A DNA stretch of 29,012 nt, from positions 1 through 29,012 of IMG/VR virus record IMGVR_UViG_3300005512_000237. One strand, written 5' to 3'. Shown piece after piece: positions 24,305 to 29,012 of the stretch. Source of the stretch: a virus. Taxonomy: Duplodnaviria; Caudoviricetes. The notes beneath the pieces are model-generated. The model made no database searches. It had not been told where the DNA came from and was given only the letters and a program-made list of their open reading frames with translations. The position numbers and the translations under genes are program-made. Each line of letters begins with the position of its first letter. The first letter of the stretch is position 1.

Positions 24305-24882
24305 TATTGTGGTCTCCTAGGCTGATTTGCCATGCGTCTTGAATCTGCATACACTCTATTCTCAATACCCTGTGGAACAAATCTTTGAACTGGTAATAGG
24401 ACTGCTGCCATCATTTCTTCTGCTGTAATAACTCTAAATCTAGATTGCACATGACTGGCAAGATACCTTTTAATTGTTGGTTTGACCAATGGATTTCGCT
24501 TGATACGATTCCATGTCAGTCTAATTCTTGTATCTTCATTCATCTCATCATTAGTTGCATACTCTGCTACTACATTGAGTAGTTTGAGTCTCATAGGAAT
24601 AGACAGATAATGAAAATTCAACCCAATAAATCCCTCATTCTGTGGGGCATTTCCAATAGGTAAAACTAATGGAAATCTATCATAATAAGGCAATTCATTT
24701 TTGCCCTTTGCATCATAATAGAAAAAGTTCATACGACCGTATTGCGGGCGTTGAGTAATCAACCCCTCTGAAACAAGTTGCCGTGTTGGTGGTTCACCCA
24801 TTTCTCTGATTTTATCTCTAAACCAGCGAACTGAGCGTTCTTTGCCACCTGTCTTTTCTAGTAATTCATCAAAGTATGCCAT
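24304..24882 (-). CDS. gp2: DNA end protector gp2
   Basis: YDAK.K..LPYYDRFPLV, GLNFHYL, KRYL..HV. Confidence 0.9.
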   Translation of the reverse strand: MAYFDELLEKTGGKERSVRWFRDKIREMGEPPTRQLVSEGLITQRPQYGRMNFFYYDAKGKNELPYYDRFPLVLPIGNAPQNEGFIGLNFHYLSIPMRLKLLNVVAEYATNDEMNEDTRIRLTWNRIKRNPLVKPTIKRYLASHVQSRFRVITAEEMMAAVLLPVQRFVPQGIENRVYADSRRMANQPRRPQ

Positions 24883-24887
24883 ACTTC

Positions 24888-24895
24888 TATTTATA
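24888..24895 (-). promoter_or_regulatory. T4-type late promoter for gp2
   Basis: TATAAATA on the minus strand. Confidence 0.8.
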
Positions 24896-24898
24896 CGA

Positions 24899-25330
24899 CT
24901 AACCCAAATGATCCTCTGTCAGTATCTTAAATTCCATCTTTCTATCATTGCACCACTCTATTGCAGCTTCCCATTTTGCTTTATTCACACCCCAAGTGCG
25001 AACTTCATTAATAAATCTTTTGGTTTTGCGTTGTGGTATAGATGGTGGGCCGCACTGTGCTTTAGGTTTGACTTCAATAATCATCTTTTTGACAGAGCCA
25101 TCTGCCTGTCTAACCTTTATATAAAAATCGGGAAAATATCGGTGTCTTCTACCATCCAAAGGTGATATGTAGGGAATAATGACTTCTTCACTGCCCCATT
25201 CAAGTATGTTGTCGCTTCTGTCACAATACACCATAAACTTACGTTCCCAAAGACTGCGATATACAATCTTAGAAGAATCGCCCTTATATTTTTGTGGTTT
25301 AGATGGGATGTATCGACCTTTGTATGACAT
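24899..25330 (-). CDS. gp4: head completion nuclease gp4
   Basis: KYKGD..KIVYRSLWE, WGSEE..IPY, HRYFPDF, IEVKP, NKAKW.AA, LTE. Confidence 0.93.
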   Translation of the reverse strand: MSYKGRYIPSKPQKYKGDSSKIVYRSLWERKFMVYCDRSDNILEWGSEEVIIPYISPLDGRRHRYFPDFYIKVRQADGSVKKMIIEVKPKAQCGPPSIPQRKTKRFINEVRTWGVNKAKWEAAIEWCNDRKMEFKILTEDHLG

Positions 25331-25337
25331 GATGCGT

Positions 25338-25374
25338 TATAAATACTTTCACAATGAACTTAGGATTATTTATA
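25338..25374. promoter_or_regulatory. pair of oppositely oriented late promoters
   Basis: TATAAATA on + at 25338-25345 and on - at 25374-25367. Confidence 0.8.
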
Positions 25375-26255
25375 TGGCGCAATTAGACTCTGTTTCTAGA
25401 ACACCTAGACTAGTAAGTAGTGGGGGTGTTTTGTCTTACCCTAGTGATTTAGGTAATACAACTAGAACCGACCACTATGTCATGTTCTTCATTAATGTTA
25501 CACAACCACAGAATGTTTTATTCCCTGGCGGCAGTGTTGCTACAAGTAGTGCCGGAGTTGCTCAAGAGGCAAACACTCTTCAAGTTCAGAGAGCGCCAAC
25601 TAGAAGACTAGACACATCTATTGCACTTTATATGCCAAGTCAAATTCAGATGTCTCACAAAGCAAATTACGGTGAGCAAGAAATTGGTGCAGCTGTAGCA
25701 ACAGTTTTAGCAGGGTTGCGTGGTTCAAATTCAAATATGGGATTTGGAGAGGTTGCTGGAAAGATTGCGGCAGAGGCAGGAAAAGAAATTGCAAAGGGTG
25801 GAATGGCAGCTTTAGATGCAACTCTTGCTCCTGGCGCTGTTGCTGCTGAAGAAATTGCTTCTGGTAAAGTTCGTAACAACAGATCAGAAATGAAATTTGA
25901 AGGTATTGATAGAAGATCATTTTCATTTACCTTTACAATGCTTCCTACAAGTTCACAAGAAGCAGACACAATAGAAAAGATAGTAACACTGTTTAGGTAT
26001 CATGCAATGCCATCTATTGATGGTAGTGATTTGGCTGGTAGAACAATGATAGCGCCATCAACATTTGATATTCAATATAAACCAGATGCACACCTACATA
26101 GAATTTCGACTTCAGTTTTGGAGTCTGTTGATGTTAAATATGGTGGAGAGCGTCCACAGTTTTTTGTTGATGATCATCCTGTAGAAACAGAACTGACACT
26201 ACAGTTTAAAGAACTTGAAATCATCACCAAAGAAAGAATTGAACAAGGATATTAA
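25374..26255 (+). CDS. gp48: baseplate tail tube cap gp48-like
   Basis: YP.DL, IALYMP, F.G...RSFSFTF.M.P.S..EA, L..VDV.Y, LTLQFKELEI; start moved to 25374. Confidence 0.82.
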   Translation: MAQLDSVSRTPRLVSSGGVLSYPSDLGNTTRTDHYVMFFINVTQPQNVLFPGGSVATSSAGVAQEANTLQVQRAPTRRLDTSIALYMPSQIQMSHKANYGEQEIGAAVATVLAGLRGSNSNMGFGEVAGKIAAEAGKEIAKGGMAALDATLAPGAVAAEEIASGKVRNNRSEMKFEGIDRRSFSFTFTMLPTSSQEADTIEKIVTLFRYHAMPSIDGSDLAGRTMIAPSTFDIQYKPDAHLHRISTSVLESVDVKYGGERPQFFVDDHPVETELTLQFKELEIITKERIEQGY

Positions 26256-26258
26256 TGT

Positions 26259-26786
26259 ATGCCATATTTCTATAATTTTCCAAAGGTTGAATATGATGTC
26301 CGTGGCAATGGTATCACTCAAACAATGACTGATATTACAAGAAGAGTTCGACTAAAACAAATAGTAAAGAATAAAAATGTAACATTCGACTTTTATGATG
26401 TTAAGTCTGGTGAAACGCCTGAGTATATTGCATCAGAGTTTTATGGTGATCCACAGTTGCATTGGATTATTCTAATGGCCAATGACATTACAGATGTATA
26501 CACACAATGGCCAATGTCTACTGTAACCTTTGAAAGATTTGTTAAAGAAAAGTATGACAATGTTGACGATATTCATCATTACGAATATACCCAAGAATCT
26601 GGTGATACAAAGTTCACTATAGAACTTCCAAATGAATCTGCCACAACAATTCCTTTTGGAGCATTACCAGTAACAAATTATCAATACGAAGAAAAATTAC
26701 AAGAGAGTAGAAGAAGAATTCGACTTGTTCAAAAAAGATATATTGATGCAATCAAAAAAGAATTCAGAAGCAAAATAAACGGATAA
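26259..26786 (+). CDS. gp53: baseplate wedge subunit gp53
   Basis: YF..FP.V.Y, GETPE.IA..FYGD..LHWIILMAN, QWP, HHYE. Confidence 0.9.
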   Translation: MPYFYNFPKVEYDVRGNGITQTMTDITRRVRLKQIVKNKNVTFDFYDVKSGETPEYIASEFYGDPQLHWIILMANDITDVYTQWPMSTVTFERFVKEKYDNVDDIHHYEYTQESGDTKFTIELPNESATTIPFGALPVTNYQYEEKLQESRRRIRLVQKRYIDAIKKEFRSKING

Positions 26787-26790
26787 TATA

Positions 26791-28227
26791 ATGGCGAAAA
26801 TTCAATACGCTGGTGAATATATTATTGATGAATGTGTTCTCTGCACAGTAGGTGGATTAGAATTAGACTTAAAAGAACAACTAAGTTACATCACCATCTT
26901 TGAAGACATCTTCAGCAATTCTATCACTGGAACAATTTCCTTTGTGGATACAAATAATCTTACTGCCAATGCTTCTATTATTGGTCAAGAAAAGTTGAAA
27001 CTTGTTCTCGTAACACCTAATGCAAACGATGCTCGTGACAGAACAACTGCAATTAACTTTTCAGAAACCCCTCTTCACATATATAAAGTAGACAGTAAAA
27101 CACAAGTAAACGATAGGACACAAGTGTTCACTCTTGCTTTCACAACAAATGAAATGGTGAGAAACAATCGTATCAGAGTGTCTCAATCCTTTGAGGGTGA
27201 GCCTTCTGTTGAGATTGTAAAGAAAATTATTCGTGACCCTCTTCTACTAGATACCAAAAAAGAATTCTTCTACGAAGAAACATCAAACCTATTTAAAGTT
27301 GTCGCTCCTAATATGCGACCTTTTGATTTCATCAATGCTCTCGCAAAGAGATGTTTGTCGAGAGAATATAATTTCTCGCCTGCCTTTTTATTCTACGAAA
27401 CAATCAAAGGTTTCTTTTTCAGAACCGTTGATAGTATGATGGACAGAAAAAATCCAAGAATGGTTTTTAGAGAAGTAACTCCTAATGATGATGTAGATAA
27501 TATTGGATTGAATTTAACAAACATTTTGAAGTATGAGGTTATTAACTCTACTGACACGATACTCAATACCAGAGCAGGAATGTATGGTTCTCAATTATAT
27601 CAAATTGATTTAGTAAACCACACAATGAAAAAATACGAATATAATTATCTAGAACAGTTTGATGATGATATTCATGTAGATGAATTCAACAGCTATGGTT
27701 CAAAACAAGCACCAATTATTTCAGAAGCTCTAGACGATTACTCAAACAAAATTTCTGATTACCAAGATTCTGTTATTTTTATTCAAACCACTGATAGAGA
27801 TAGTGAAGATGGTCTTTTCAACGATTCTTTTGGTGGTTCTCCATACAACTATAATGGGAATGATTTGTGGATACAGAGAAGAAAGTCTAGGTTCACATCC
27901 CTAGAATCTGGTATATCACTAAGACTAACTGTGCCTGGCAACACCACACTTCAGGCTGGTGACTTGATTGGTGTAATCCTAAAGAACCAAACCGACACTG
28001 CTACTGCACAAGATCCATATCTAACTGGACGTTATCTTGTTAGAAATTTAAAACATGAATTTACAAAAGATACTGGACAACTTAAACATACAATTCATTT
28101 GGACTGTATTCGTGATACAGTTCAAGAACCATACCCATCATACGGTGTTACAATCACTGATGGGGGGAACTCATTAGATGAACTGATTCCAAAAGGATCA
28201 GAAGATTCAAATGAAATAATTTTCTAG
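26791..28227 (+). CDS. tail / baseplate hub protein (gp27 / late control D-like)
   Basis: I.IFEDIF...ITG...VD, IIGQEKL, PFDFI, FYET..GF.F, VPGN..L.AGD, GRYLV..LKH; follows gp53. Confidence 0.72.
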   Translation: MAKIQYAGEYIIDECVLCTVGGLELDLKEQLSYITIFEDIFSNSITGTISFVDTNNLTANASIIGQEKLKLVLVTPNANDARDRTTAINFSETPLHIYKVDSKTQVNDRTQVFTLAFTTNEMVRNNRIRVSQSFEGEPSVEIVKKIIRDPLLLDTKKEFFYEETSNLFKVVAPNMRPFDFINALAKRCLSREYNFSPAFLFYETIKGFFFRTVDSMMDRKNPRMVFREVTPNDDVDNIGLNLTNILKYEVINSTDTILNTRAGMYGSQLYQIDLVNHTMKKYEYNYLEQFDDDIHVDEFNSYGSKQAPIISEALDDYSNKISDYQDSVIFIQTTDRDSEDGLFNDSFGGSPYNYNGNDLWIQRRKSRFTSLESGISLRLTVPGNTTLQAGDLIGVILKNQTDTATAQDPYLTGRYLVRNLKHEFTKDTGQLKHTIHLDCIRDTVQEPYPSYGVTITDGGNSLDELIPKGSEDSNEIIF

Positions 28228-28287
28228 AGGAGGGCCATAAAACAACTCATTTTGTTATGTCAATTTTAACATAGAAAGAGGATCAAC

Positions 28288-28470
28288 ATGACTTCAAAAC
28301 TCAAAAACCGACTTCAAAAAATGTCTTTTCAAAAACAAATCAACAGAAGAATCGAGGTTGAGAAAAACGAGGAAACTAAATACTATGAAGAAATCTATAA
28401 AAAACGAACTATAGAGTTGTTAGGAATACACAATGAAAACATGGGAACAATTACGAGAGGGTGTCTATGA
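28288..28470 (+). CDS. small charged hypothetical protein
   Basis: SD AGAGG; overlaps the next gene by 38 nt. Confidence 0.55.
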   Translation: MTSKLKNRLQKMSFQKQINRRIEVEKNEETKYYEEIYKKRTIELLGIHNENMGTITRGCL

Positions 28471-29012
28471 CCCAAACATATTTAAGGCAATCTTCATGGC
28501 GGGTGGGCCCGGCAGTGGGAAGTCTTATGTAGCAGCGAGAACTACTGGTGGACTTGGTATGAAAATGGTGAACAGTGACGACATCTATGAAAAGATGTTG
28601 AAAGACGCCGGTTTGGATACTACACCAGAGGATATCTTTTCAGACAAAGGACAAGAGATTCGTGGTCGTGCCAAGGGAGTTACAAAGCGTATGCAAGGTA
28701 ATTTCTTGGATGGTAGACTTGGTTTGATTATTGATGGAACTGGTAAAGACTTCAGTAAGATTGCAAAACAAGTTGCTGGACTAAAACAACTAGGTTACGA
28801 ATGTTCGATGATTTTTGTCAATACCTCTTTGGATACTGCATTAGAACAGAATCGAAAGAGAAAGAGAACTCTGCCTGATGACCAAGTAAAGACTATGTGG
28901 AATGAGGTTCAGAGGAATATTGGTGCATTCCAAAGACTATTTGGTTCTTCTAACTTTATCGTTGTCGATAATAATATGGCAGGGGGAGATGGTTTTGTCA
29001 AAATATTGAAAA
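28433..29012 (+). CDS. zeta-toxin-like P-loop kinase, 3'-truncated by window end (not in ORF track)
   Basis: MKTWEQLREGVYDPNIFKAIFMAGGPGSGKS...VNSDD...LIIDGTG...IFVNTSLDTA; open to the window end. Confidence 0.85.
   Translation, partial: MKTWEQLREGVYDPNIFKAIFMAGGPGSGKSYVAARTTGGLGMKMVNSDDIYEKMLKDAGLDTTPEDIFSDKGQEIRGRAKGVTKRMQGNFLDGRLGLIIDGTGKDFSKIAKQVAGLKQLGYECSMIFVNTSLDTALEQNRKRKRTLPDDQVKTMWNEVQRNIGAFQRLFGSSNFIVVDNNMAGGDGFVKILK

Noticed and set aside
25179-25373. 65-aa N-terminal extension of gp48 in the ORF track
   Set aside because: It overlaps gp4 on the opposite strand and lies largely upstream of the late promoter; ATG 25374 is the better start.

Overview
This is an AT-rich segment of a T4-like (myovirus) phage genome. 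The host is probably an aquatic or marine Gram-negative bacterium, possibly an alphaproteobacterium (inference). About 1-10.2 kb is an early/accessory region of small ORFs behind near-consensus sigma70 promoters. It also holds a phage-encoded ribosomal protein bS21, three tRNAs, RNase H, a GH108 lysin, lipoproteins and a SleB-type hydrolase. About 10.2-18.1 kb is a replication/metabolism block: DenV-like, PhoH, exonuclease, gp33, gp59, tRNA-Leu, ThyX, gp32. About 18.2-29 kb holds late genes with TATAAATA promoters: tape measure-like, gp51, gp26, gp54-like, gp2, gp4, gp48, gp53, hub, and a truncated zeta-like kinase. The strongest unexplained signals are: (1) a standalone ~90-nt sRNA at 6517-6609 whose 26-nt loop is antisense to the shared ribosome-binding leaders of early genes; (2) a glnA-type glutamine riboswitch ahead of an uncalled 29-aa ORF; (3) a probable -1 frameshift fusing gp26 to gp51, like lambda G/GT; (4) a palindromic TGTT-N5-AACA box in several early promoters; (5) apparently leaderless late mRNAs. 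All assignments come from motif recognition by eye; no database search or folding program was run.
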